A stretch of DNA of 64,000 nt, taken from assembly GCA_963762145.1 (NCBI GenBank), contig CAVXJS010000009.1, positions 640,001 to 704,000 of the forward strand, read 5' to 3'. This document shows positions 31,556-41,533 of the stretch, one piece after another (the first letter of the stretch is position 1; each line of letters starts with the position of its first letter). The DNA comes from an uncultured Candidatus Rokubacteria bacterium (lineage in GTDB: Bacteria > Methylomirabilota > Methylomirabilia > Rokubacteriales > CSP1-6). The notes beneath the pieces are model-generated. The model did not search any database and was not told the origin of the DNA. It saw only the letters and a list, made by a program, of their open reading frames with translations. Position numbers and translations under genes: made by a program.

Positions 31556-32350
31556 TCAACAGCCGCTAACGCGGACGGGCGAACCGTGCCGGCGGGTGTA
31601 GTCGGCATACGCACGTCGGACCATGACGTGGAAATGCGGTTCGCCGAACTCCTCCACTGCATAAATGAGACCCCGTCGCGACAGGCGATGTAGAATCGTT
31701 CTCAGCCACGCGGTCTCGACATGGCCGAGATCGCGCTTGGACACGTCGACTGCGGCCCCCGCTAGGTGAGTCGACTGCACCGCCCCATCGGCCGGGGCCG
31801 CGCTGGGATTGGTCCGCTGCAGCGCCAGCTGGGTGATTCTGGTGCGGGTCAGGCTGGTGATCCGCAGCCGGTGCGCGAACGACCGGTGAAACGCGGCCGC
31901 AAGATGCTCCACGAAGATCCGGACCCACGGTCGCGCCACCCGCAGGTGGGGCCGCACGCCAGCCACGTAGTAGGTGCGGGTCTCCGCCGGAATCGCCACC
32001 AGGAGTCCGGACGTCCGGAAGCGCGCCGTCATACGATCGCTCCTCATCCGGGAGAGGCCGTCACCCTGGGCGGCCGCGCTCTCGCGGCCAAGGCGTCCCG
32101 GCGTTGCGAAGAGCGGCTGGTGGGTCAGCTTAGGCGGGAGCACGAGGATACTTCCGACCCGCATGATCGCCTTCCGGCCCGTCCGGTTGAGTCGGAGGAG
32201 TTCCTCCACGCTCGTGCGGTAGCGAGGAGCGATGGCGGCAAGCGTCTCTCCTGGGCGGACTTGGTGACACCGGGCAGGCCCGGCTCCAGCGTTGGTTGAC
32301 CCCAGTACGCAGATCCCCAGCGACACCACGAGTACACCCCGCACGCTCAT
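31556..32350 (-). CDS. LysM + DUF5715 (peptidase M15-like) protein
   Basis: LysM HQVRPGETLAAIA; ITSLTRT, STHLAGAAVDV, PHFHVMV. Confidence 0.8.
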   Translation of the reverse strand: MSVRGVLVVSLGICVLGSTNAGAGPARCHQVRPGETLAAIAPRYRTSVEELLRLNRTGRKAIMRVGSILVLPPKLTHQPLFATPGRLGRESAAAQGDGLSRMRSDRMTARFRTSGLLVAIPAETRTYYVAGVRPHLRVARPWVRIFVEHLAAAFHRSFAHRLRITSLTRTRITQLALQRTNPSAAPADGAVQSTHLAGAAVDVSKRDLGHVETAWLRTILHRLSRRGLIYAVEEFGEPHFHVMVRRAYADYTRRHGSPVRVSGC

Positions 32351-32448
32351 CGCGCGTCGTGCTTAGACGACACAGTCTGATCTTCCACTTTGCCGGTGCA
32401 CTGGGCGCAGATTGGCGCCAAGTGCGTCACGACCGCTTTCCCCTACAG

Positions 32449-33293
32449 TCAACACTCGCTTTCCGTTTTCCATGTTCCATGGAAACTCCAGGCAAACGCG
32501 ATCTGTGCCAAGAGATCGATGGCCGCCGAGCGATCGATGACCCAGTAAGATCCCGCACTCATGCCGGTTCGCTGCCCCACGTGTACCGCATAGCCCTGCT
32601 TGCGAAGCGCCCGGTGGGCGTCCTCCTCGGCGTCGTCATCGCCGAGGTATACGACGGTCGGCTGAGCTTGCCCGTCGCACGCCGATTGTTCCAGAATCCA
32701 ACGTGCCATAAAGCTTAGCGGGCAACCCACGTCCGGAAATAGGTCTACGGCAACCTCGGACCGCCACACTCGGAACTCCGCCGCGCACGTGCGCCTCAGC
32801 TGCTCGGCCTGGGCGACGATCGCGGCCAATGGCAAAGGATCCGCTCGGCGAACATGGACCGTGACGCCCAATTCCCTGATCTCTACTTCTACATCGGAGA
32901 GCGGGGCGAAGCAGTCGGACAGCTTTTGAGCCAAGAGCGGCAGCATTTCCCTCATTCCCACAGCGACAGGATGACAAAAGGTGATTCCTGCCCCTCGAAT
33001 CTGAAGTCCCCGGCATCCGGCATAGATGACGCCCGGCACATTGAGTTGAGCTTCCAGGTCGCACGCATCATGTCCTGAGACTATGGCGACGCGGGTATGC
33101 GGCGTTGCCGCGAGCGCCACCGAAGCGCAACACGTCGATCCGGTACGCTAGAGGAGAGCGTGCTGTCATGATCCGCGAAAAGAAGCAGTCCCCCTCGTGC
33201 GCGAGCTTCTTGCACAATCCGCTGCGCCAGCCGCCTGGGGTCCGCTGGCTCCCTCACCTCATTGGCCACGTGACCACCTCCGGTCACCACCAA
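32449..33293 (-). pseudogene. otsB: trehalose-6-phosphate phosphatase-like HAD protein, frameshifted and degenerate
   Basis: LFADHDSTL (degenerate DxDGTL), VAIVSG, IYAGCRG, VYLGDDDAEED; frameshift ~33100. Confidence 0.75.
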
Positions 33294-33712
33294 CTTGCAG
33301 GACCTGGCTCTCGGCGCCCAACCGTCGGGGTCGCCTGGCTGAGCGATGCTCGCAACACCTCAAGCAATCGGGCGACCCTGAACGGCTTGTCCATGTAGCA
33401 AGTTGCACCGAGCTTCAGCGCCTCGGCTTCGACCTCCGAACCTCCGAAGGCCGTAACGAACACCACGGGCGTACTCGGGAGGCGCCGTCTGATGTACGAC
33501 AGAAGATCGAGCCCGTTCGCCCCCGCCACTTCCTTGTCCAAGACGATGGCATCAGGGGTCCAGCCCTCGAGCAACGGCACTAGCCCATCCCCCGAAGCAT
33601 GCTCGCGCACGTGGAAGCCATCGCGTCCCAAGACGTCTCGCAAGAGCGCCCGCATTTCGGCGTCATCATCCACGATCATTACGCTCGGCCGTCGACCCAC
33701 GTTCAAACCCAT
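33284..33712 (-). CDS. single-domain response regulator (receiver)
   Basis: IVDDD, VLDK, VTAFG, DKPF. Confidence 0.88.
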   Translation of the reverse strand: MGLNVGRRPSVMIVDDDAEMRALLRDVLGRDGFHVREHASGDGLVPLLEGWTPDAIVLDKEVAGANGLDLLSYIRRRLPSTPVVFVTAFGGSEVEAEALKLGATCYMDKPFRVARLLEVLRASLSQATPTVGRREPGPASWW

Positions 33713-33751
33713 AGCCTCATGGCTCGCCATTTCGTCCACCATTCACGCCCT

Positions 33752-33767
33752 TGCAACCGCTGGACCA
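33752..33767 (-). promoter_or_regulatory. sigma54 (-24/-12) promoter
   Basis: Minus strand TGGTCCAGCGGTTGCA (GG-N10-GC). Confidence 0.7.
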
Positions 33768-33848
33768 CTCGCCCCTCATTGGCGTTAGGTACCGTAGGCT
33801 AGGCACTTGCTCCGCTTTTTTCTGGCCGGGCGAGGCATCAACGACCGT

Positions 33849-33897
33849 TGCGACAAACAGGTGGGACAACTTGTCGCCTTCAGTGACAGTTTGACGG
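33849..33897. promoter_or_regulatory. putative enhancer (bEBP binding sites)
   Basis: GCGACAA..GGACAACTTGTCGC..GTGACAGTTTGACG. Confidence 0.65.
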
Positions 33898-33990
33898 GAC
33901 CTGACTCAGGCTGGCTCAGGCGATACCGACCGGCTGGGTCGGGGTCAATCTAGACTCTTCCTGATTCGGGCTAGCGCACCGACATCCCGG

Positions 33991-35319
33991 TTAGTCTTCC
34001 TTGAACCTCCGCTGGAGTGTCCGTACTGACACTCCCAGAACCTTCGCCGCGGCCACCAGGTCTCCCCGCACCTCTTCGAGTATGCGTCGTACATACTGCC
34101 CTTGAAGTTCTGCCAACGTGGGTCGAAGCGCAGGGTTGGCATGGCCCATCGTGAACTCCGTGCCGAGATCCAGCCGCGTAATTCTGGCCTCATGCGCCAG
34201 CACGACCGCTCGTTCGACTACGTTCTCAAGCTCCCTGACATTTCCCGGCCAGGTGTGACGTTCCATCCACTGTACTGCCGTATCGTCGAATCCCTCGATG
34301 TCCTTCCCGAGGCGCGCCGCAGTCTCCCGTAAGTAATGCTCGGCGACTAGCATGATGTCCTCCGGCCGCTCGCGAAGGGCTGGCAGTCGGATTGGAATCA
34401 CCGCCAGACGATAGTAGAGATCCTCGCGAAACCTGCCATCCTTGACCATGGCGGGGAGATCCTTGTTTGTGGCGGTCAGGATCCGAAGATCTAGCTGCAC
34501 CGGCACCGTCCCTCCGAGTGGACGGACAACCCGATCCTGGAGTACGCGGAGGAGCTTGGCCTGAGTGGCCAGGGGCATATCACCGACTTCATCCAGGAAC
34601 AACGTTCCCCCGCTGGCGGCGGCAAACAGGCCCTCTCGCCGGCGATCAGCTCCGGTGAACGCACCCTTCTCGTGGCCGAACAGCTCGGACTCCAGCAGAG
34701 TCTCTGGCACCGCCGCGCAATTCACCGCCACGAACGGCCCACTGCGCCGCGCGCTCGCCCAGTGTATCGCCCGAGCCACGAGCTCCTTCCCGGTTCCACT
34801 CTCTCCCAACAGCAGAATCGAGGAGTCGCTCTCGGCTACCGCACGGATCTGGCCCACGGTCTGCTGCATGATCCTCGAACGTCCCAGGATCCGGTCTAGG
34901 CCCTGGTCCCGCTCGACCACCGCGCGCAACCGTTCATTCTCCCGGCGCAGACGGTAATCGTCGAGCGCTCGCCGCACGGCCGCCGTGACTGCGGCCAGCT
35001 TGAACGGTTTCGTCAGATAGTCATGGGCGCCCTGGCGCATGGCTTCAATCGCGGTTTCCAGGGTTCCAAACGCCGTCATCAGAATGACGCGAGGAGCGGG
35101 ACGGCACCGACCGGCACGGGAAAGGACCTCGAGACCCCCGACCTCGCCCATGACGAGGTCCGTGACCACCACGTCAAACCGCTGGGATTCAAGCGCCTTC
35201 AATGCAGCCCGACCGCCGGTCGCGGTCACGACGGCTACGGCCTCGGTCTCGAGGTGGCGCGCGAGCATGGATGTCATGTCCTCATCGTCGTCGACGACAA
35301 GGACCCGGTGCACCGTCAT
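33991..35319 (-). CDS. sigma54-dependent response regulator (NtrC/AtoC/ZraR family)
   Basis: [34 protein letters not shown], Fis HTH. Confidence 0.96.
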   Translation of the reverse strand: MTVHRVLVVDDDEDMTSMLARHLETEAVAVVTATGGRAALKALESQRFDVVVTDLVMGEVGGLEVLSRAGRCRPAPRVILMTAFGTLETAIEAMRQGAHDYLTKPFKLAAVTAAVRRALDDYRLRRENERLRAVVERDQGLDRILGRSRIMQQTVGQIRAVAESDSSILLLGESGTGKELVARAIHWASARRSGPFVAVNCAAVPETLLESELFGHEKGAFTGADRRREGLFAAASGGTLFLDEVGDMPLATQAKLLRVLQDRVVRPLGGTVPVQLDLRILTATNKDLPAMVKDGRFREDLYYRLAVIPIRLPALRERPEDIMLVAEHYLRETAARLGKDIEGFDDTAVQWMERHTWPGNVRELENVVERAVVLAHEARITRLDLGTEFTMGHANPALRPTLAELQGQYVRRILEEVRGDLVAAAKVLGVSVRTLQRRFKED

Positions 35320-36809
35320 GCCACAACCTCGTAAGTGGGAAGCCAGACCGTGAATGTCGTCCCGTGCCCAGGGCGGCTTTGCGCGACAATGGTCCCCTCG
35401 TGATCTCGCACGATGTCCCGGGCGATGGCGAGACCCAGTCCAGTACCCTGACCCGCTGGCTTGGTTGTATAGAACGCCTCGAAGACCTGCCCTAACGCGT
35501 CAGGTGGAATGCCCATGCCGGTGTCGGTCACCTCCACCGAAACACCGGCACGCCCATCGTTTGCGCACGGCCGAGCACTGATCCCGATTTGCCCATTGGG
35601 TGAAGTGGCCTCAACCGCGTTCATGAGGAGGTTGATGAACACCTGCTGGAGCCGAGCAGAATCGCCGGCGACGTCACTCACGTCCTCACGGATACTCGTG
35701 GTTATGGAGATCCCGCGCTTACGCGTCACGTGCTCCAGCAACAGCAGCAAACGACTCATCAGTAGCTCGATCGGCACACGTTGAATTTCCAGCTTGCCGA
35801 GTCGAACCGAATCGAGAAGTGAGCGCACAATGTTCGACACTCGGTCGATCTGGTGAATTATTCGTTCGAGATCCTGCCGCCCAGGATGCGCGGGTGGGAG
35901 CGATCGCAACACAATCTCGGCCCGACCGGAAATGATATTCAGCGGCGTGCCGACCTCGTGCGCAATGCCCGAAGCGAGTTTTCCGGCCACCGCCAGCGTC
36001 TCTGAGCGGCGCAACTGCTGCTCGAGGTCCAGTGCGTATTCGCCCTCAGCCACCACACGCTGACGTGCCTCTTCGAGCCGCTCTGTCATGCGGTTGAATG
36101 CGTCCGCCAGTTCCCCAAGCTCATCCTGCCGCTTCACCGGTAGGGGCGGTCCACGGCGGCCTTCGCCCAGGTCACGGATGGACCGGGCCAGGTCAGCCAA
36201 AGGGCGAAGAACTTGGCGCTGCAGCACCACGGCGATCAATGCGGCCAGCACGACCGTCAGTATGCCGACCCTCACCAGTACGTCGCGAACGGCTTGGCGC
36301 GCCATCGCTCTACCGTCTGGTGCGACAAAAGCAATCTCTAGAGCCGCCCAGCGAGTGCCCGAGCGACTCCGACCCACGGGTGCCAAGTATCGGACGGGTA
36401 AGATGAATACCACCCAGCTTCGACCATCACCATGGGTCTCCACCAGGCCGGGTGTGCCCGTCTCTATCGCCCGGGCAATGGCGTCCGATTGCGGAGCAAG
36501 AGTCACGGTTCGGACACTCGACGCGGCGAGGACTTGACCCTTCCTGTCGAGGAGGCGAATTCGATCGATCTCGCGTTGCCCGATGGTCAGGCTCTCAAGC
36601 AGGTCCGCAAGGTCGGTGAATTGTCGGACACGCAGGACGAGTGCGTTCTCCACGGCGATCTGTACTGTTCTTGCCATTCTCGCCGCTCGTTCTTGTTCGT
36701 CCTCAACCCGTGTGAGCACTTCCTGCTGCACTCGGACGACACTGTAAACACCGCTGACGAGCAGGAGCGGCAGCATGAGAAGCACAACCAGACGAAGTCG
36801 AAGCCCCAT
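35316..36809 (-). CDS. HAMP-domain sensor histidine kinase
   Basis: Two TM helices, DELGELADAFNRM, IAHEVGTPL, N/G boxes; start moved to MGLRLRL. Confidence 0.93.
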   Translation of the reverse strand: MGLRLRLVVLLMLPLLLVSGVYSVVRVQQEVLTRVEDEQERAARMARTVQIAVENALVLRVRQFTDLADLLESLTIGQREIDRIRLLDRKGQVLAASSVRTVTLAPQSDAIARAIETGTPGLVETHGDGRSWVVFILPVRYLAPVGRSRSGTRWAALEIAFVAPDGRAMARQAVRDVLVRVGILTVVLAALIAVVLQRQVLRPLADLARSIRDLGEGRRGPPLPVKRQDELGELADAFNRMTERLEEARQRVVAEGEYALDLEQQLRRSETLAVAGKLASGIAHEVGTPLNIISGRAEIVLRSLPPAHPGRQDLERIIHQIDRVSNIVRSLLDSVRLGKLEIQRVPIELLMSRLLLLLEHVTRKRGISITTSIREDVSDVAGDSARLQQVFINLLMNAVEATSPNGQIGISARPCANDGRAGVSVEVTDTGMGIPPDALGQVFEAFYTTKPAGQGTGLGLAIARDIVRDHEGTIVAQSRPGHGTTFTVWLPTYEVVA

Positions 36810-36963
36810 CGATTTCGCGCCAATGATAGCGCCCGCTTGCACGGCGAGCAATTGTGGGTCAAAAGAGAGCGGGACTCGCCCCATGCGTTGCCAAAGAGAA
36901 TCGTCCCAAGAGGTGGCGATCCTAGCACGACGTATCGGCCGGCCTCCAGTGCGCGCACTTACC

Positions 36964-36997
36964 GTGACAAGTTGTCGCCGCCACGACAACTTGTCCG
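36964..36997. promoter_or_regulatory. putative enhancer: tandem GACAA-N-TTGTC palindromes
   Basis: GTGACAAGTTGTCGC and ACGACAACTTGTCCG. Confidence 0.7.
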
Positions 36998-37093
36998 GAG
37001 CAGTTCCTCCGTATTTTCGGCTGACCCCTTCACATCGCCCTCCAACTTCTAAGGATCTCGGCATCTATCTCGTCAAGGGCGGTCCGGGCCACT

Positions 37094-37109
37094 TGGCTTC
37101 TGGGTTGCA
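37094..37109 (+). promoter_or_regulatory. sigma54 (-24/-12) promoter
   Basis: TGGCTTCTGGGTTGCA (GG-N10-GC), ~100 bp from the enhancer. Confidence 0.7.
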
Positions 37110-37215
37110 CCGACCACGGCGCCTTACGCTTTCGATGCCGGCACACTAGCATCCTGACGAGGAAGGATGGAGAGAAGGCTATGGCGAGGCCACCCGCCTT
37201 GCGGCAGCTGCTTCG

Positions 37216-37638
37216 ATGCATCAGCTCCTGATTTCGGTGGTGCTGGCGTTCTGTTTCTGGTTGGTTTTGGCCCCTAGACTCCTCTGGCTCGCCCTAGGAG
37301 TCCTGCCTCTCCTCACCTTGGGCGCTGCGCCCGTGTTGGCAGGAAACCTAGTTCGCGTTTCCGGGCAAACCCATAGCCTTGCACCTTCTGACGATGTCCT
37401 CGTCCTCACGGTGCTTGGGGCCAACGGGTTGGAGGAGATGGTGTCGGTCAGCGTCCGCAACGCCACGGTCGTCCGGCTCTGGCGGGATAAGGACCGCCAC
37501 TGGGAATGGCGCGAGAGGCCCACGAGTCTCTACTGGTTGCCGAGCAAGACGTTCGTGACGGTAATCGGTCGAGAGGACCCCTCGGGAACTATCCGAGCCG
37601 GCCGAATCGAAGTGCCCGACCTGGACTACTTACACTAG
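37216..37638 (+). CDS. exported hypothetical protein (beta-rich)
   Basis: Hydrophobic N-terminus; lies downstream of the sigma54 promoter; start uncertain. Confidence 0.55.
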   Translation: MHQLLISVVLAFCFWLVLAPRLLWLALGVLPLLTLGAAPVLAGNLVRVSGQTHSLAPSDDVLVLTVLGANGLEEMVSVSVRNATVVRLWRDKDRHWEWRERPTSLYWLPSKTFVTVIGREDPSGTIRAGRIEVPDLDYLH

Positions 37639-37649
37639 CGAGCAGAGCC

Positions 37650-37847
37650 ATGAGAGATACGACGACTGCACGGAATGGGTGGTTTGCTACGGGCCTCGTT
37701 CTAATTGGAATCGGAGCGGACAGACTCTTGAACGCCTATCTACTCGATCGCTGGACCAATTCGTCTATGCCACTTCTCAGTGGAGTTCTTAGCGCCGCGG
37801 TGGGAGGAGTGATCGTTGGGCTGGCTATCCATATGCGTACTCGTTAG
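37650..37847 (+). CDS. small two-TM membrane protein
   Basis: Two hydrophobic segments; starts 11 nt after the previous stop. Confidence 0.5.
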   Translation: MRDTTTARNGWFATGLVLIGIGADRLLNAYLLDRWTNSSMPLLSGVLSAAVGGVIVGLAIHMRTR

Positions 37848-38076
37848 GGGACCGATGGTCGGCCCTGAAGTACCTGTATTTCTCGACGCATACTCTGCCT
37901 CGCTCCGAACCGTTCCTCCACCCATCCGCGCGGTCGATCAGAGCGTACGGATAGAACACTCGCGTACAGCTGGGTCCCGGCGATGAGGGCTCACGCTGTT
38001 CGGACTCATCGACGAGGTGGTGGTTGCGGCCGCACGCAATGCACAGCAGATCGACACGACTTCACCACGGAGAGCC

Positions 38077-38583
38077 ATGGCTGACACTGACGATGAGGCG
38101 TCTGTTTGCCGAGTTTGTAGAGCCCTGATCAGCCTCGGTACACTCCGCTATCGAGGTCCAGGTGGAGACGTCCATGCACGATGCCATGAGGAGCGACGGC
38201 TAAGCGGCAGCGCGAGTATCCCCAAAGGACTCGTCCTCGTGCTCGACGACGACCCGCTGCTTCGCGAGCTGATCACGCGCGAGAACTACGCCATCCACAC
38301 AGCCTTGAATGGGCAAGAGGCACTTCAGCTAGTTGGCGAACACCACTACGATCTTATCCTGTGCAACGTCGATATCCTTGGCATGGACGGCGGCCGCGCC
38401 TTCTATAACGGACTACAGCATCAGCATCCGAGCGTCGTAACACGCGTCGCCTTCTTGACCGCGCATGGGCAACTCACTGAGTCCGCGGCGTTCGGTCCGC
38501 GGATCCTAAAGAAGCCGACCGATAGTCACGAGTTCCGCGCGACGTTGTCACTCATCATCGACCCCTTACGCTCGCCGAGTTAG
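38077..38583 (+). CDS. atypical receiver-domain protein with N-terminal CxxC..HxxC motif
   Basis: CRVC..HARC; VLDDD, LILCNV (phospho-Asp replaced by Asn), AFLTA, KKP. Confidence 0.65.
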   Translation: MADTDDEASVCRVCRALISLGTLRYRGPGGDVHARCHEERRLSGSASIPKGLVLVLDDDPLLRELITRENYAIHTALNGQEALQLVGEHHYDLILCNVDILGMDGGRAFYNGLQHQHPSVVTRVAFLTAHGQLTESAAFGPRILKKPTDSHEFRATLSLIIDPLRSPS

Positions 38584-38728
38584 GGCGCATCCCTGTCCAA
38601 GTCTTTCATAGGCCACAGACCATCGTCGAGGCCTCACGTAGACCGTTGGTCATCCTCATTCTTGATCGCTGCCTGGTCGCGTGTGGACGCTAGCGCAAGA
38701 GAAGTAGCCCAGAAGCAGACCGGGTCAC

Positions 38729-39669
38729 CTACGAAGAGCACGCTCCACGGCAACGGCCGTCAGCAGCATCGCGACGCCGAACTGTGCGCCCTCGGCGAAC
38801 GGGTTCAGCGCCGCGGGCCTTCATCCCGACGGTGACGAAGAACACCGGAACGAGGAGGTCGGCGATCGGCTTGATGCGCTCCTCGATGTGCGCCCGCCGC
38901 TCCGTCGTGGCGAGGACCAGCCCCGCCGCGAACCCCCCGATGATCGTCGCCAGGCCGATCAGGTCCGCGACGGCGGCCAGCGCGACCGCGAAGACCACCG
39001 AGTACACGATGAGCGTGCCCCGCGCCCGCAGCCGCCCGACCCAGCGGACCAGCGTCGGGGCCAGCCGGACTCCGACCAAGATCGCCGCGACCAGGAAGAT
39101 GACGGCCTTCGCCGCGAGCAGGCCGACCGCGCCGAGGGACACGCTCCCCGTCTGCGCGACCCCAGTCACGACCGCCAGGATGATCAGCCCGAGGATGTCA
39201 TCCACGACGGCCGCGCCGAGCACCACTTTCGCGGCGCTGTCACCGAGACGGCACAGGTCCGCGAGCACGCGCGCCGTGATGCCCACGCTGGTCGCGGTGA
39301 ACGTCGCGCCGACAAAGACAGCCAGGAGCGCGGGGTGGCCGAGTCACGACATGACACCGTAGCCGACCGCGAACGGCACCGCCACGCCGACCAGGGCGAC
39401 GAGTGTCGCCTGAGGGCCGGCCCGCAGCAGCTCGCCGAGGTCGGACTCCGAGGCCGACCTCGAACAGGAGGATCAGGACGCCGAGCTCGGCCAAGGCGTG
39501 GAGCGCCCCTGCGACTCGTGGACGAGACCCAGCACGCCGGGACCGATGAGCACCCCGCCAGCAGCTCGCCCAGGACGGCGGTCTGGCCGACCCGCTCCAT
39601 GGCCTCGCCGGCCACCTTGGCGGCAAGCCAGACCAGCACCAGGCCCAGCAGCAGGTCACGGAACTCCAC
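38729..39669 (-). pseudogene. cation:proton antiporter (CPA2), frameshifted and 3'-truncated
   Basis: GQTAVLGELLAG, AELGVLILLFEVG, ATSVGITARVL, AAVVDDILG, PVFFVTVG across frames. Confidence 0.85.
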
Positions 39670-39687
39670 TGTGGCTTCGCGCGGCGA

Positions 39688-40029
39688 TCAGCTCGACGCC
39701 AACGCCGCGCACCGCGTCTTCAGCTCGGCGAGCGTGCCGGCGTCCCTCACGAACTCGACGGCGGCGCCCAGCGGCGTCGCGGCGAGACTGCCGGGCTCGG
39801 CGCCGCGCGTCAGCCAGGCGAGCACGCGCTGGCCCTCCGGACCGTCCAGGTCGCATGCGAAGATGCGGTCGGAGCGGAAGCCCATCAGCCTTGGGGCCTC
39901 GATCGTCAGCATGCCCCCCTTGAAACCGCCCTTCTCGTGGTTAACGACGACCTTCTCGCCGCCGCCGAGGATGATCTGGCAGTACGCGCCGGCCCTGGGA
40001 TCGGTGACAAAGCGTCCAACTTTCGGCAT
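39688..40029 (-). CDS. hypothetical protein (paralog of 19785-20132)
   Basis: GGGAGG RBS; MPKVGRFVTDPRAGAYC..HEKGGFKGG..ATPLGAAVEFV. Confidence 0.85.
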   Translation of the reverse strand: MPKVGRFVTDPRAGAYCQIILGGGEKVVVNHEKGGFKGGMLTIEAPRLMGFRSDRIFACDLDGPEGQRVLAWLTRGAEPGSLAATPLGAAVEFVRDAGTLAELKTRCAALASS

Positions 40030-40040
40030 GGTCGCCTCCC

Positions 40041-40091
40041 TCAGAAGAGCCATTTGACGATGGTGATGGGCGTGAGCGCGATCACGAGCAT
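40041..40091 (-). CDS. 16-aa hydrophobic micropeptide MLVIALTPITIVKWLF (possibly decayed)
   Basis: Homologous to 19684-19749, same position relative to the paralog. Confidence 0.45.
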   Translation of the reverse strand: MLVIALTPITIVKWLF

Positions 40092-40209
40092 GGTCCACTA
40101 ACCACCATTCCCTCGTATCCCTGCTCCATTCCCTGGACCAGCCACGCCAACCCGGAGTGATGGACATGGGCAGACCCCCGCCACGGGAGCCGCCGAACAC
40201 GGAGCGGGA

Positions 40210-40530
40210 CTAGTGGGGGTCTTCGGAAGGGGGCGCGGGATCGTACTGCGCCCGATACTGCCAACTGACGACGGGCCGCGCGCGCCGCTCAGGCGAACTG
40301 ACGTGCGCCAGCCGTTTATCGCCTTCGCGCGGTGGTTGGAAGAGGAGGGGCCCTGGATCGGGCGCCAAGGCGGGCAGCCCGACGATCTCGGCCACGGCAC
40401 GAGCGCGGACCTGCGTGCTTTCGGCTGAGTCTGCGGGCTCGAACACGAAGGCTCCCGGCATCGCGGGGAGCGACAGGTCGAGCGTCACGTAGATGAGGAT
40501 CGCGAGGACGAGGGACCGCCGATGCCTCAT
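40210..40530 (-). CDS. hypothetical protein with N-terminal hydrophobic segment; likely leaderless
   Basis: TAGAAT 6 nt before ATG; Pro-rich C-terminus. Confidence 0.6.
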   Translation of the reverse strand: MRHRRSLVLAILIYVTLDLSLPAMPGAFVFEPADSAESTQVRARAVAEIVGLPALAPDPGPLLFQPPREGDKRLAHVSSPERRARPVVSWQYRAQYDPAPPSEDPH

Positions 40531-40711
40531 GCGCCTATTCTAACTCACGCGCTGCCTCTAGCGGCAAACCCGCAACCGAGGGGGCGCGTTGGGTCGCCGG
40601 ACCATCTCTAGGATCAAGCCTAACGCATCCGCTCGAGTCGACCCTCTACGGCTTCTGGTTCCATTCTGGTTCCAACGCAGAGAGACGGAGGGCGACGCAG
40701 GCTGACGCTCG

Positions 40712-41310
40712 TCATGGCTGTTGCGTCTGGGTTCCGAGGTTTAGATCGTGGTTCCAGCATTTGCTTCCACGCCGCTCGGTCTTCGCCATCTCCCCGCGGA
40801 GGTGCTCCGGGCTCATGTGCGCGTACCGCATCGTCATCGCCAGCGAAGCGTGGTCCAAGATCTTTTGCAGGGCGGGCACAGATCCACCGCGCACCATGAA
40901 CCAGCTGGCGAAGTGGTAGCGGCATGCATGGAACCGGAACGGGCCCAGGCTCGCGGCCTCCACGGCGGCCTCGAAGCCGGCGCGGGTACTCCCCTCCGGC
41001 CGGAGGCGGCCCTCGCGCGCGCCCGGGCGCCTAACCAGCACATCGTAGACGCGCTGGCGCATCGGGATCTCCCGGCGCCGGCCGCCCTTCGTGATCTCGA
41101 GCCGGAGCACACCACGCGAGAGGCCACCCGATCCCACGTCAGCCCCTCGGCCTCGCTGCGCCGCATGCCGGTCTCGAGCGCCACCGTCACGAGGTCGGCT
41201 GGGTGCGGCAATGCCGACGCTTGCACGCCGCGATCAGGCGGCGCTCCTCGTCGCCTCGAGCCACCGGAGGTGGCCCTGCGGCTCCTTCTCAAGCCGGCTT
41301 CAGGAATGCT
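40712..41310 (-). pseudogene. third tyrosine integrase remnant, closely similar to 4907-5482
   Basis: ETGMRRSE, GVLRLEITK, HFASWF, HASLAMTMRYAHMSPEHLRGEMAKTER; frameshifts. Confidence 0.9.
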
Positions 41311-41533
41311 TCGACGTCCTCAAAGTGAACCGCCCACGGAAGCTGGCCCGGCGTTCAGCGCGATCGATATGGACTGGGATGTGGACCCCGACTGGGGGGA
41401 GGGCGGGCTGTCGATCTTGGCCCTTGCCGATGCTTGCGAAAATCACCATTCCACCGGGCCGGGAGCGACCCGCAGGCTCTCTCATCAGCACGAGGCCGAG
41501 GAAACACTCACAGTGGTCAGCAAAGGGGCCAGC

